Assembly (NCBI GenBank): GCA_963745495.1
Contig: CAVUXJ010000007.1
Span: 78,239-142,238, forward strand
From: an uncultured Acidobacteriota bacterium
GTDB taxonomy: Bacteria > Acidobacteriota > Vicinamibacteria > Vicinamibacterales > CAVVIG01
DNA: 64,000 nt
Direction: 5' to 3'
Part shown: positions 1-10,057 of the stretch, piece after piece
How the letters are laid out: the number at the start of each line of letters is the position of its first letter
Position numbering within the stretch: position 1 is the stretch's first letter
Position numbers and translations under genes: made by a program
Notes under the pieces: generated by a model
Seen by the model: only the letters and a program-made list of their open reading frames with translations
Told to the model about the DNA's origin: nothing
Database searches by the model: none

Positions 1-76
1 TGCGCAATGTGTGATGACGGCCGCGGCGCCGCTCAGGAACAAGGCGGAGTCCACGATTGTCCCGCCCTTGGTGCTG

Positions 77-637
77 TCAGCGATTCTTCGTGAGCTCGAT
101 CGCGCGCTCACGGGTATAGGTGACCTCGACGGTGTCGCCGCGCTTCAGGCCGTCGATGAGACGGCGATCGGACACGACGCGCGTGACGCTGCGATTGTCC
201 GCGCCCTTATACGAGATCATCTTCTTCGCCACGTCCACGCTCTCGACGGTCACCGTCGCCTTGAGCTGCTGGATCACGTCGGCCTGAGCGCCCCGGGCTC
301 CCTTGTTGGCCGCTGCCGTGCTGTCTTCGACAACGGTCGTCTTCGCGTTCGGGCGGAGCGCGACGACCACCGACTCGGTGATGCGGACCGTGACGGCGTC
401 GCCCGATCGCAGCTCGTCGAAGATCTTCAGCTCGGGCCCCACGAACACACTGTAGAGCAGCCCCTCGGCCGTCCGCAGGTTCACCGAGCGCGTGAACGGA
501 TCGATGCGGTCGACGCGCCCGGTGACCACGGCGACATCCCGGACGTCCACTTTCGGCGCCGCCGGATCCTGGGCTGACACGCCCGCCGACGCGATCACCA
601 GCCAGACGACGAACATGTGCGAAACCATGATGCGCAC
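77..637 (-). CDS. secreted hypothetical protein with an internal two-fold repeat
   Basis: ORF track, 186 aa. Signal-like N-terminus (FVVWLVIASAGVSAQ). Two tandem ~75-aa repeats, each ending in a GD.V.V-type motif. No family recognised. Confidence 0.55.
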   Translation of the reverse strand: MRIMVSHMFVVWLVIASAGVSAQDPAAPKVDVRDVAVVTGRVDRIDPFTRSVNLRTAEGLLYSVFVGPELKIFDELRSGDAVTVRITESVVVALRPNAKTTVVEDSTAAANKGARGAQADVIQQLKATVTVESVDVAKKMISYKGADNRSVTRVVSDRRLIDGLKRGDTVEVTYTRERAIELTKNR

Positions 638-873
638 CTCACAATCATGATACGGACCTCGACGTTCAGAACGCGCGACCTATTGCGCGAACCACGCGGT
701 CAGGACACCAGGCGTCCATCGACCCACCGCCGACTGATTGGCATCGTGCCGGCCAGAGCGATGGTATCGGCGATGGGCTCGACACGATCAGCGTGATGCT
801 CATGATCGTCGCGGCCTTCAGCAGCAGTTTCAGCGTATTGGCCACGCCCGGGTGACGCCCCGGGTCGAGTCGA

Positions 874-1350
874 TCAGGCTCCGCCGATGCGGCGCGCGCC
901 GGGCGCGGCGGCGGGCACATCGGCGAGGTGCAGGGTCTGGGACGGAAGGGCAATCACTGCCCCGCTCCGCTCGACGATGCCCATGATGTCGAGCAGCATG
1001 TCCTGCTGCGTTTCCAGAAACGCCTCCCAATCGCGGACACACATGTACGGGGCAGACGGCCGTCGAGGACGACGAAGAGCTTCCGGGCCAGGTCGACAGC
1101 CTCCTGGTCGCGCAACCTGCTGTTGAGGTACTGCGGCGCCACTTCGTCGCGCCCATTGCGGGCGGCGGTCATGAATCCCAGCACCGTCCTGCGAGGAGTG
1201 TCACGGCCGAGCGCGTCTTTGGCCGGCACCGCCTGAGGCGCTTGTGTGGCGGCCGGCGCTCGTGGTCTGCTGCGCCCACGCCACCGGGCCCGGCGGAAGA
1301 GCGCCCAGCACCGCGCACACGAGCTGGAATCGGCGTTCACCTCTCGACAT
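874..1350 (-). pseudogene. MscS-family mechanosensitive channel, deletion remnant (N-terminus fused to C-terminal domain)
   Basis: Three minus-strand frames are needed. First a signal peptide (MSRGERRFQLVCAVLGAL). Then DTPRRTVLGFMTAARNG..APQYLN..DLARKLFVVLDGRLP, typical of the MscS-family N-terminal region. Then directly VRDWEAFLETQQDMLLDIMGIVERSGAVIALPSQTLHL, typical of the MscS C-terminal domain. The TM/pore core is missing. Confidence 0.5.
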
Positions 1351-1793
1351 CGGCCATCCGCACCAGGCCCGGGGTGCCCACTGCATCAAGCGCCGTCCTG
1401 TTCTTTCGTCAAACGCCTCCACAACACCACGACCGAGCGCGGGCCCACGTGAAGCGTTTCCGGCGGCTGATCCCGAACGCGGTCACCCTTGGCCTTGCCG
1501 TTTCCGACATTGCCCGCGGCGTCCAACGGCAGGTCGCGTGCCACAACCAGCGGACCAGGACAACACCGCGCGTTCCCGACTTGCTCAGTAATCCCGCGTG
1601 GCTCCGCGAACGATCGTGGAGCTCGACAGCGCGGAAGACACCGGAGGTCGGAGACGCTCCGAAATCTCGGATGGCGACGAGTGTTCGAGGGGGCCAATCG
1701 CGTGGATGCCGATGTCTCCACCAGCGGCGCGCGGTTTGCACAATCGGCCCAAGCCAACTTTTTCGATGGCTACTTTCTCGAAAGGACTGCGAC

Positions 1794-2354
1794 GTGAAGA
1801 AACACTTCGTACTTCCGCTGCTGGTGCTCCTGGCCGGCGCGGGCAACGCGCTCGCTCAAGACGTGCGGTACAACTTCGACAAGGGCGCCAACTTCGCGGG
1901 ATTCAAGACCTACAAGTGGGTCGCGCTCAAGGGGGCGACCCCGCTTTCCGATCTGACCGATCGGCAGGTGAAGGCTGCCGTCGATGCCGAGCTCGCCACC
2001 AAGGGGCTCGCCAAGTCCGAGTCGGACACCGCCGACCTGTACATCGGCTACCAAGCCGCCATCGGGCAGGAGAAGGAGTACACGTCGTTCGACACCGGGT
2101 GGGGCTACGGACCGGGATGGGGCGGAGGCGGATGGTACGGGGGCGGCGGGGGGATGGCGACCGGTCAGACGTCCACGATTTACATCGGGCAGCTGGCGCT
2201 CGACATGTACGCCTCGTCACCCAAGACACTCGTCTGGCGCGGCAACGCGAGCAAGACGCTCGATCCGAAGGCCAAACCGGACAAACAGGAGAAGAACCTG
2301 CAGAAAGCCGTCGCCAAGATGCTCAAGAATTACCCGCCGCAACCGAAGAAGTGA
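1794..2354 (+). CDS. DUF4136-like secreted protein/lipoprotein
   Basis: In frame within ORF 1242..2354, with a GTG start at VKKHFVLPLLVLLAGAGNALAQ (signal peptide). DVRYNFDKGANFAGFKTYKWV, ADLYIGYQ and LVWRG resemble DUF4136. Contains a Gly/Trp-rich insert, GWGYGPGWGGGGWYGGGGG. Confidence 0.7.
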   Translation: MKKHFVLPLLVLLAGAGNALAQDVRYNFDKGANFAGFKTYKWVALKGATPLSDLTDRQVKAAVDAELATKGLAKSESDTADLYIGYQAAIGQEKEYTSFDTGWGYGPGWGGGGWYGGGGGMATGQTSTIYIGQLALDMYASSPKTLVWRGNASKTLDPKAKPDKQEKNLQKAVAKMLKNYPPQPKK

Positions 2355-2750
2355 CCGTGCTCGCCTACAGGCGACGCCGACGTCCTGGCGGCGTTGTTTC
2401 GGCAACTGCCGATCGCCGAGCCGTTTCCGGCACGGGACGACGGCGCCACTACAACAGGCTCATCACGACCGCAGTTATCACGAAGTAGTTGCCGATTTAC
2501 GCAACGTGTCCTTGGACGGTCAAATCTCTCACCTGCGGTCCCGCCTGAAGCTCACGAATCGCTTCTTGAATAATCTCCGCCTCCGAATACGCGGGCTGCG
2601 TGGCACCGTCGGCGAGACGACCTCAGTGGGGTACGACGCCGACGACGTGATGACACCCTGACCGCGAGCGTGCCCTGAGGAGTGCGGCGCGCGCACGAAT
2701 GTGGTGCTCCGGCGAGGTGTGCCCACCGGGGCCCCGTTCCACGCTCTCGT

Positions 2751-2779
2751 TTGACAGGGGCATTCGGCGGCGCGATAAT
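2751..2779 (+). promoter_or_regulatory. sigma70-like promoter candidate upstream of the amidohydrolase gene
   Basis: TTGACA (2751-2756), a 17-nt spacer, then GATAAT (2774-2779), about 125 nt upstream of the ATG at 2905. Confidence 0.4.
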
Positions 2780-2904
2780 CCGCGCCGTTCGTGCCGGGCA
2801 GTCCCCGCTGTGCCGGCGGGAGGACGGGCCGCATAGGAGGCATTCCGTCAACCAGGCGCGCGAAAACCCCGTTAATCGTTCTTATCGCCTATGGAGGGCT
2901 CCCG

Positions 2905-4149
2905 ATGCGCCGAGTGACCATCTTCACCGTTGCAATGGCAAGCATTGCCGCTGTGCTTGCTGGACTATCTGTTCCAGCGACCGGCCAGGCGCCGGTCATC
3001 GCGTTCGAAGGAGCGCGCATCATCGTCGGCGACGGCAGCCCGGCGATCGAGAAGGGTACGATCGTCGTGAACGGCGCGACGATCCAGGCGGTTGGCGCCA
3101 ATGTTCAGGTGCCGGCAGGCGCCCAGCGCGTGAACCTCGCCGGCAAGACCGTGATGCCGATGATCCTCGACACGCATATCCATGCGCCCAAGACGCGCGA
3201 ACAAATGCACCGCGACCTGAAGCGTCGCGCCTACTGGGGCGTCGGCGCCGCGATGAGCATGGGCACAGACACGACCGACGACGTCTTCAAGGTCAGGGAC
3301 GAAACAAAGAACGTGCCCGGAACGGCCCGGCTTCTGACCGCCGGACGCGGGATCACCGGTGTGGAAAAGGGACGCGAGCAGGCCGCGTACTGGGTCGGCA
3401 GCGAGAAGGAAGCCCGCGACGCTGTGCAGCAAAACGCAGCCAAGCGGCCGGACATCATCAAGATCTGGGTCGATGACCGCGACGACACCGTCCCCAAGCT
3501 GACGCCCGCACTGTACGGGGCGATCATCGATGAAGCACACAAGCAGAAGGTCCGCGTGACCGCGCACATCTTCGACCTCGAGGACGGGAAAGGATTGCTC
3601 AAGGCCAACGTCGATGCGTTCGCGCACAGCGTGCGCGATCGCGACGTGGACGAGGAGTTCATGACGCTCGTCCGGGCGAAGCCGAATCTTGTCGTCAATC
3701 CGAACCTGCCCGCAATGGGCAAGAAGTGGGATACCTCCTGGCTACAGGGGAGAATCCCGGCCGAGGAGTACGCTGACGTGCAGAAGGGCGCCGTCGACAA
3801 TGCCAAGCAGGTGGACGCGTTCGGTATTCAGTCCCGCAACTTGAAGCGGCTAAACGACGCGAACGTCCGCATCGTGCTCGGCACTGACGGCAACACACCC
3901 TGGGCGCCACACCAGGAGATGGAGAGCATGGCGGCGTCCGGAATGACACCGATGCAGGTGATCACGGCTTCGACCGGCCGCGCGGCGGAGTTCTTGCGGT
4001 TTACCGACACCGGCACGCTGCAAGCGGGCAAGAGCGCCGATCTGCTTATCCTCGACGCCAATCCGCTGGACAACATCACCAACACGCGGCGGATCAATGC
4101 GGTTTATCATCGAGGTCAGATGGTGAGCCGAAGCGCGTATCCGAACTGA
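2905..4149 (+). CDS. amidohydrolase-family metal-dependent hydrolase (secreted)
   Basis: ORF 2791..4149 with the start taken at MRRVTIF (signal peptide ..PATGQAP). Motifs: HxH (ILDTHIH), GTDGN and GKSADLLILDANPLDNI. Confidence 0.85.
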   Translation: MRRVTIFTVAMASIAAVLAGLSVPATGQAPVIAFEGARIIVGDGSPAIEKGTIVVNGATIQAVGANVQVPAGAQRVNLAGKTVMPMILDTHIHAPKTREQMHRDLKRRAYWGVGAAMSMGTDTTDDVFKVRDETKNVPGTARLLTAGRGITGVEKGREQAAYWVGSEKEARDAVQQNAAKRPDIIKIWVDDRDDTVPKLTPALYGAIIDEAHKQKVRVTAHIFDLEDGKGLLKANVDAFAHSVRDRDVDEEFMTLVRAKPNLVVNPNLPAMGKKWDTSWLQGRIPAEEYADVQKGAVDNAKQVDAFGIQSRNLKRLNDANVRIVLGTDGNTPWAPHQEMESMAASGMTPMQVITASTGRAAEFLRFTDTGTLQAGKSADLLILDANPLDNITNTRRINAVYHRGQMVSRSAYPN

Positions 4150-4172
4150 CGGTTCCTACGGTCTGACGCAAA

Positions 4173-4207
4173 GGGCCGGAGTCGATCGCTCCGGCCCTTT
4201 TCTTTTC
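4173..4207 (+). terminator. rho-independent terminator
   Basis: GGGCCGGAG - 7-nt loop - CTCCGGCCC followed by TTTTCTTTTC, 24 nt after the stop codon at 4149. Confidence 0.75.
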
Positions 4208-4316
4208 TGATGTTCAGAAGTCCGGCCGCGCCGCTGTGGGAAGCGGCTCGATGTCGCGATCGAAGAAGTTGGCCGTGTCCTTTGCGCAGATGTTCACCGC
4301 TCGAGGAAGGAACGAC

Positions 4317-4958
4317 ATGGACCGTGCAGCCATGATCCGCAGCCTGCTCTTGGCTGTGGCCGCGTTGGGCGCCGCGCTTCCCGCGGCGGCACAGACACCG
4401 CGCATCGAGGTCTCGGGAGGCTATCAGTTTCTCAATGTCTCGGCAGATTTGGAAAGTATCGACACGGGCGACGTTCCGGTCCGGAATGTCGATCAGTCGT
4501 TGCCAGCCGGCTGGTACGTTGATTTTGCCGGGAATCTGAACCGCCACCTCGGTGTCGTATTCGCTACGGGCGGCAATTACAAGTCGATTACTGAATCGGC
4601 GGCCTTTGGTGGTTTTGCAGCAAGCGGCTCGGTCGACCTGAGGGTGCATGAGTTCATGGGTGGGGTGCGCTACAGCAGCCGCGCGAACCCGACGGTGGTT
4701 CCGTTCGGACAGTTCCTGGTTGGCGCGATCCATGGTTCGGCGAAGGTCACAGCGTCCGGCAGCGTCGTCGGCTCCCCGGGGTTTTCCTTCAGTAGCGAGG
4801 CGAGCGGCACGGACGTAGCGCTGCAGGCAGGCGGCGGAATGCAGCTGCGTCTCGCGGACAGGCTCGGCGTCCGTGTCGGCGCGGACTACATTCGGATTCT
4901 CGCTAGCGAGAGCGTGAGTGCGTTCCGGTTTGGCGCGGGCGTCGTGCTCGCCCGCTGA
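4317..4958 (+). CDS. outer-membrane beta-barrel protein
   Basis: ORF 4236..4958 with the start taken at MDRAAMIRSLLLAVAALGAALPAAAQ (signal peptide). Alternating beta-strand pattern with a C-terminal ..FRFGAGVVLAR. Confidence 0.7.
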   Translation: MDRAAMIRSLLLAVAALGAALPAAAQTPRIEVSGGYQFLNVSADLESIDTGDVPVRNVDQSLPAGWYVDFAGNLNRHLGVVFATGGNYKSITESAAFGGFAASGSVDLRVHEFMGGVRYSSRANPTVVPFGQFLVGAIHGSAKVTASGSVVGSPGFSFSSEASGTDVALQAGGGMQLRLADRLGVRVGADYIRILASESVSAFRFGAGVVLAR

Positions 4959-5187
4959 TCCGGAAGGCCGCAGCCACAAGAAGGATGAAAGTCGGCCGCC
5001 AGGAAGGCCGTTTTGCGACGTGTTCGTGGCGAGTTCTCAGTCTTGCTGGAAATATCCCTGAAAGAACTCGCGTTTCCAAAGAGCATCGAGAGCGGTCTAG
5101 CGAACCGCTGCCTTTCGCCGAAATCTCGGATCCCAACGACAATTAGCGGCCCGCTTCTCGGTCTGACGTCGCCATCACAGTCGAGGT

Positions 5188-5904
5188 TCAATCGGTTGTC
5201 GGCGGACGCGTTGCGGCTGCGGAGCCACCCTTCAACTGTGTTCTGAGCACCGTGCGGTCCACTTCCCCGCCCCGCAGGTACACGCGTGAGATCCAACGCG
5301 TGTTGGCGATGCTGTCCAGCGGATTCGCGTCGAGCACAAGAAAGTCGGCGTTCTTGCCAGACGCCACCGTCCCAAGTTTGATCGAGCCCCGAGGAATTGG
5401 GCGGAGTCGCGTGTGGCCGTCGTAATGACTTCCCTCGGGGTCAGACCGGCCTTCACCATGCTCTCCATCTCGATGTGCGTGCTCCATCCGAGATAAGCCG
5501 GTGTAGGGCCGTGTTCAAGTGAAAAGCCTCCGCCCATGTCGGTCCCGAGCACGAACCGGACGCCCGCCGGCACGTTCGGATGCGCCTTGAACAGCGCGAT
5601 GAGCTCATCGTCTACCGCAGTGCCCCAGGTGAGCGTGCGCTTCGAGGATGCCGGGCATAACGCTCTTGCCCCTGAGATCGACCCGAGCGGCCTCTTCCGG
5701 GGCCGACACCTCACCACGGCGGCCGACAGAAGCGAACTTGCCATCCTGCACCACGAACGCGGAATCTTCGATGGGCGAGGCCTCGTCACCAGTAATTAGC
5801 CGCGCGCCCTCGAATAGCGTGGCGCTTCGCGCCCCCGCTGGCGGTTGGCTGTCTAGCGGAGCGGCACATGCTGCGACGAACTGCATGGGATCTGACAGGA
5901 TCAC
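5188..5904 (-). pseudogene. amidohydrolase paralogue, frame-broken and internally shortened
   Basis: Three overlapping minus-strand ORFs carry the N-terminus (ATLFEGARLITGD..VMPGILEAHAHLG), the middle (VLGTDMGG..HIEMESMVKAGLTPREVI) and the C-terminus (GKNADFLVLDANPLDSIANTR). Together they are far shorter than the intact paralogue at 2905-4149. Confidence 0.65.
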
Positions 5905-5967
5905 GATCGGTAAATCGCCGCATACGTCCTCCTGGGCGGGCTGACCACCGCAATTCCAAATGGTGGG

Positions 5968-6855
5968 TCAACGACGCGAACAAACGGTTATCGTATCCGC
6001 CATCGAATTGAGTTCCGCTGTTTCCAACCCGTCGAAGAAATCCGGCAGCGGCCACGCCCGAACGGGGCCGCGCGCCCCTCCGAGGAGGAACACTTCGCGC
6101 TCGAACACGGGACGGAACGCCTGCAGCATCTGCGCGGCGCCTGGCGGCGGATTCTTCAGCATCTCCGGCGTGACGCCGAACGCCGACCGGTGCGCCGTCA
6201 GCGCGAAGAACTTCTGTTCCAGATACGAAGACGCGTCAAATGACACCGCGATCATTTCCGGCACCGTCGCGAACACGTCAGGGTCGAGGCCGTCGGTGAT
6301 GCCTCTGCCCCGGCTGGCGTCCGCGAGCCCCTGGAGCACCTCGCGCAGCATGGTTGCGTAGAACAGGCGCTCGGGCGCTTCACTCCCCATCACGCTGCTG
6401 GAGAAGAACGCGGCTGTCGTGGCGCGTTGAATGGCAAGGTGATCGGGATGATAGTACCCGCCATGCGGTTCAAAGGTGACGATCACGTGCGGCTTCACGT
6501 CTGCGATGATCCCGCGGATGGCCGCTTCGACGTCGAGCATGTCCACGTTGGCGAGGGCGTGCGGGTCGTCGTGCCGCTGCCGCTCCTTGCGCGCCGAATC
6601 GTGGAATCGGAGCAGCACTGGCGCTTCGATGCCAAGCCGCTCGCACGACAGACGGAGCTCCTCGACCCGCAACGCGCCCAGGTCTTCGACCGGGCCAACC
6701 GACGGATGTGGTTTGCCGGCTTCGCCATCAGTGGCACAGACAAGCGTGACACGGACACCGCGTTTGCTCAGATGCGCGAGCACGCCGCCGTGAAAGATTT
6801 CGTCGTCAGGATGCGCCACCACCATCAAGAGTGACGCACGTCGGATCCGAGTCAT
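5968..6855 (-). CDS. PIG-L/LmbE-family N-acetylglucosaminyl deacetylase
   Basis: ORF track, 295 aa, with the VVAHPDDE motif near the N-terminus and HPDH later. GGAGG lies upstream of the ATG. Confidence 0.85.
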   Translation of the reverse strand: MTRIRRASLLMVVAHPDDEIFHGGVLAHLSKRGVRVTLVCATDGEAGKPHPSVGPVEDLGALRVEELRLSCERLGIEAPVLLRFHDSARKERQRHDDPHALANVDMLDVEAAIRGIIADVKPHVIVTFEPHGGYYHPDHLAIQRATTAAFFSSSVMGSEAPERLFYATMLREVLQGLADASRGRGITDGLDPDVFATVPEMIAVSFDASSYLEQKFFALTAHRSAFGVTPEMLKNPPPGAAQMLQAFRPVFEREVFLLGGARGPVRAWPLPDFFDGLETAELNSMADTITVCSRR

Positions 6856-6876
6856 GGCCTACCTCCAAGCAATTCG

Positions 6877-7047
6877 TCAGTAACCAACGGCTGTACACTT
6901 CCGCACGCACGTTTCCTCGGTGGAGCTCCGTACGCTATTCGATTCGCACGACCCTTGACTGTGACGGGATTGGCGAACAGGCCATTCTGGTTTCGCTGTT
7001 GCGTTACCCAGCCCCACGGTGATTACCACCAATAACAGTTGCTTCAT
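6877..7047 (-). CDS. small secreted Cys-containing peptide (56 aa; below the ORF-track cutoff)
   Basis: Hand translation: MKQLLLVVITVGLGNATA/KPEWPVRQSRHSQGSCESNSVRSSTEETCVRKCTAVGY. AAGGAGG lies 5 nt upstream of the ATG. The stretch is visibly AT-richer than its surroundings. Its stop is 21 nt before the PIG-L start on the same strand. Confidence 0.45.
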   Translation of the reverse strand: MKQLLLVVITVGLGNATAKPEWPVRQSRHSQGSCESNSVRSSTEETCVRKCTAVGY

Positions 7048-7061
7048 GGTGCCTCCTTATC

Positions 7062-7832
7062 TTGAAGAAACGTTCCCGTGTTGAACCAGGAACTCACTTT
7101 CCGCCCGAATTTGCGCTTGCTCAAGCGCAACGACATGCCACCGACGGTGTGGCGTGTTTTGGCGTGTGTCTGCGCAATCCCTGTCGTCTTCATGGGCGAC
7201 AACCCGACGTGCACCCCACGCCCAGCCCCGTACATGCCCCTGAGGGTCGGCTGGACTCCTGGAAGGAGATTGCCGCCTATCTCGGTCGGGGCATCCGTAC
7301 CGTGCAACGTTGGGAGCGTGAGGAGGGGCTGCCTGTTCATCGCCTGTTCCACGAAAGGCGCGGCAGCATCTCAGCCACTGCCGAACGATCGGTCAGCAAT
7401 CCGCGGTTCTCGCCGGATCGACGATGGCTTGCGTTCGATGCATCGCGTCCGGGCCAACCGGCCAGTGTGTGTGTTTCCCCGTTCCGAGAACAGCCGATTC
7501 CAGAGTCAGAGTGGGTGGCGGTGGATCGCTCCGCGAGTTATCCGTTCTGGTCCACGGACGGGCGGCTACTGTATTACACACCTACGGCCACGAATCCGTT
7601 GATTCGTAGCGCCGTTCGTGCGCGGCATTTCGCTTCTGAATCAGGACTGGTGGAAGGCGAACCGATTGCGGTGTACACGTCAATCGAAATGCTGATGCCC
7701 GCGTACCTTCCCGGTACCGTGCCAATCGCGACGTCCGATCAGACCATCCTCGTGCTCGGCGACTTCAGGGGCGACGTCTGGCTGATGGATCTGGGCCCGC
7801 ATTCATCCAGGCTACCGCCGCCGGCGCCATGA
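7062..7832 (+). pseudogene. HTH domain joined to a TolB-like beta-propeller C-terminal fragment (probable remnant)
   Basis: The first ~60 aa look non-coding. RLDSWKEIAAYLGRGIRTVQRWEREEGLPVHRL is an HTH motif common at the N-terminus of large acidobacterial sensor proteins. It then jumps to propeller-like repeats (FSPDRRWLAF, FWSTDGRLLYY). No convincing start codon. Confidence 0.35.
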
Positions 7833-7907
7833 ACCCGCTTTCGAAACCACTGCGACTCGGTGGGTTTGCCGTCCGGCCGCGTACAGCGAAATGGCCGGCA
7901 TCCGAAC

Positions 7908-8517
7908 TCAGAACCGGACGACGGCGCCGCCGGCGAACTCGATCTGCTGCAGCGAGCCTTGACAGAAGCCGAACGGGTCGCAGAAGTCGGCCGGCGTCTT
8001 CGTCGTTCAGCATGGTCGGCTTGTATCGGAAGTGGCCACGGACACCGATCGCCTTCCAGGGAAAGTATTTGACGCCGCCGCCGAGGCCGAGCGAGAACTT
8101 GGTCTCGGACTCGAGATCGTCCGCGCTGAAGAACGTTGCGCCGAGGCCGGCGAAACGCAAAGAGTCGCAGCCGCGCGTCCGCGCCGCCGAAATTGCGCAA
8201 CCACGTTGCCGTGCAGCTGTCGAACGGTCATCGTGAAGAGATCCGCGGTCCCGGCGTCGGTGCCGATCCGGAGCGCCGACGACTGCTGCGTCCACAGCAC
8301 CTCTGCGCCCCACTGCGGCGTGAACAAACGCGCCGCCTGAACGCCCCACGTAAACCCGTCTCGGATGTCGAGCTGAGTCAGTTCCGGCGCTCGACGGTCG
8401 AGGCCGACCGAGGGGGTGTAGGCGCCCAGGCCGGACACCTCCCACGATTGCGCCCACGCTGGCGCGGACAGCGCCAGCAGGACGATGGCACATGGCACAA
8501 GCGGTGAGGCGGTTCAT
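7908..8517 (-). CDS. outer-membrane beta-barrel protein (needs >=3 frame changes)
   Basis: Pieces: MNRLTA/VPCAIVLLALSAPAWAQSWEVSGLGAYTP..; FFSADDLESETKFSLGLGGGVKYFPWKAIGVRGHFRYKP; C-terminus ..LQQIEFAGGAVVRF. The ATG overlaps the upstream gene's stop as ATGA. Confidence 0.55.
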
Positions 8518-9612
8518 GGCCTGTCTCCGAGAATCACGATGTAACCTCGGAAGCCGGCGGGCGCGGCGCCGTAGCCGACCAGGATGCGGCCATCCGGCGA
8601 AATGCCGGTGATGACTCCGGTGTTGACCCAGCTCTCGAACGCGTCCGGCACGCCGTGGGCCCGCAGGTAGTCCTTCAAGTAAGAGGGAGAGCCGGTCGAT
8701 CCAGATGACGGCGTTGGAATCCTGCGATCCGCCGACGTTCTGTCCGCCACCAATCACCCGGCCGTCGTCGCTCGTCGCGTTGGCTTCGACGATGATCAGC
8801 GGACCGGGCGATGCACGCAGGCTCGGGGCGGGCAAGCACTGCGTGCCGTCCCGCGTCGTCCACACCCAGGCGCTTTGAAAGTTCGGATCGGTTGGTCTCG
8901 ATCGCTGACGGCGCTGCAGATCCGGCCAACCACGATCGTGCCGTCGTTGTTCGCGGCGTTCGCGGTTCCGACGAAGCCATCCGGACCTGGAAACAGTTCC
9001 TGCCGACCGTCCACCCACCGCGCGCCCTGGCGGAAGCCGGTCGCGTGCCTCCTGGTAGCCGACCACGACCTTGCCGTCTCCCGATACGCCCGTCGCGAGA
9101 CTGGCACGTCCCGCGACGGAACTGCCGAGATCGACCATGCCCGTCGATTCCTCCCACCGGAACGCATGCGTGAGGGTGCAACCGTTCCACGCGTAGACCG
9201 ACCACCACCCGTCCATCGCCGCTCGTGTCCATGCGCGTCACTCAGAGAGGCGTCACAGGGTGCCGCATTCGCGCTGAAACGAGCCGAGCAACTTCCATTC
9301 CGCCGCGCGCAGCCAGATCGCGGCCTGAGAATGCGCGCGAGTCGATCGCCCTTCCGACGATGGTGCGGCCATCCCGGCTCACGCTTGCGGCGACCATCGC
9401 CGCCAGTGGCGATCGACACCGGTCGTCGGCATCCAGTAGAATCCGCCGCCTCCGCCGAAGCCGCCGACCACCACGGCGCCGCTGGCGCTCACGCTGGCTG
9501 GCAACGCTCCAGATCGTTGCTCCAGCTCTATCAGCAAGGTCTTGTCGTTGGCGCGGGCCGTCAACGTCGGCGTCAGCAGCAGCACCGCCAGCAGCAATCT
9601 ATTCCCGCGCAT
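8514..9612 (-). CDS. HAF-repeat secreted protein (needs several frame changes)
   Basis: Signal peptide MRGNRLLLAVLLLTPTLTARA. Repeats of the type THAFRWEESTGMVDLGS..ATGVSGDGKVVVGY. C-terminus ..ITGISPDGRILVGYG.. Confidence 0.55.
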
Positions 9613-10057
9613 TGAGGAAACCTAGCGAAACTCAGCCACACAACGCTACGCCAAACTCGGTGAGCGCCGACGTAAGCTTCACGCGACAACGAGCGTCCAA
9701 GTCCGGGACACTCAAACCCGTACTCACTAAGGATGTCTCCCGCGGCGGATTACTCGCGAAGTGTCGCGAAGGGACAACCAATACTAGATCGAAGCGGGAC
9801 AAACCCCGTTCCCTTGCCGGGAACTTTCGCCCCATCTTTGTTGGTCTTGCGAATCACTCGGACTGCTCGGGACAATCGGTCGTTTGTTGATACAAGTCAC
9901 CACGCGTCCGTCCTGACCTGACTCGCCTCTCAGGCAGAGAGAAGTCTGGGTCACAGCTAACAATTTGCGCAACCTGACGGTAACTGGTTGACGGCACAGC
10001 CTCGTGCTCAATCACGATTCTTGCACGTACCCGCTCATCACCTTTCCGAACCTTCGT

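Noticed and set aside
11-577. 188-aa plus-strand ORF at the window start
   Set aside because: It is antisense to the secreted repeat protein (77..637), which has a signal peptide and an internal repeat structure.
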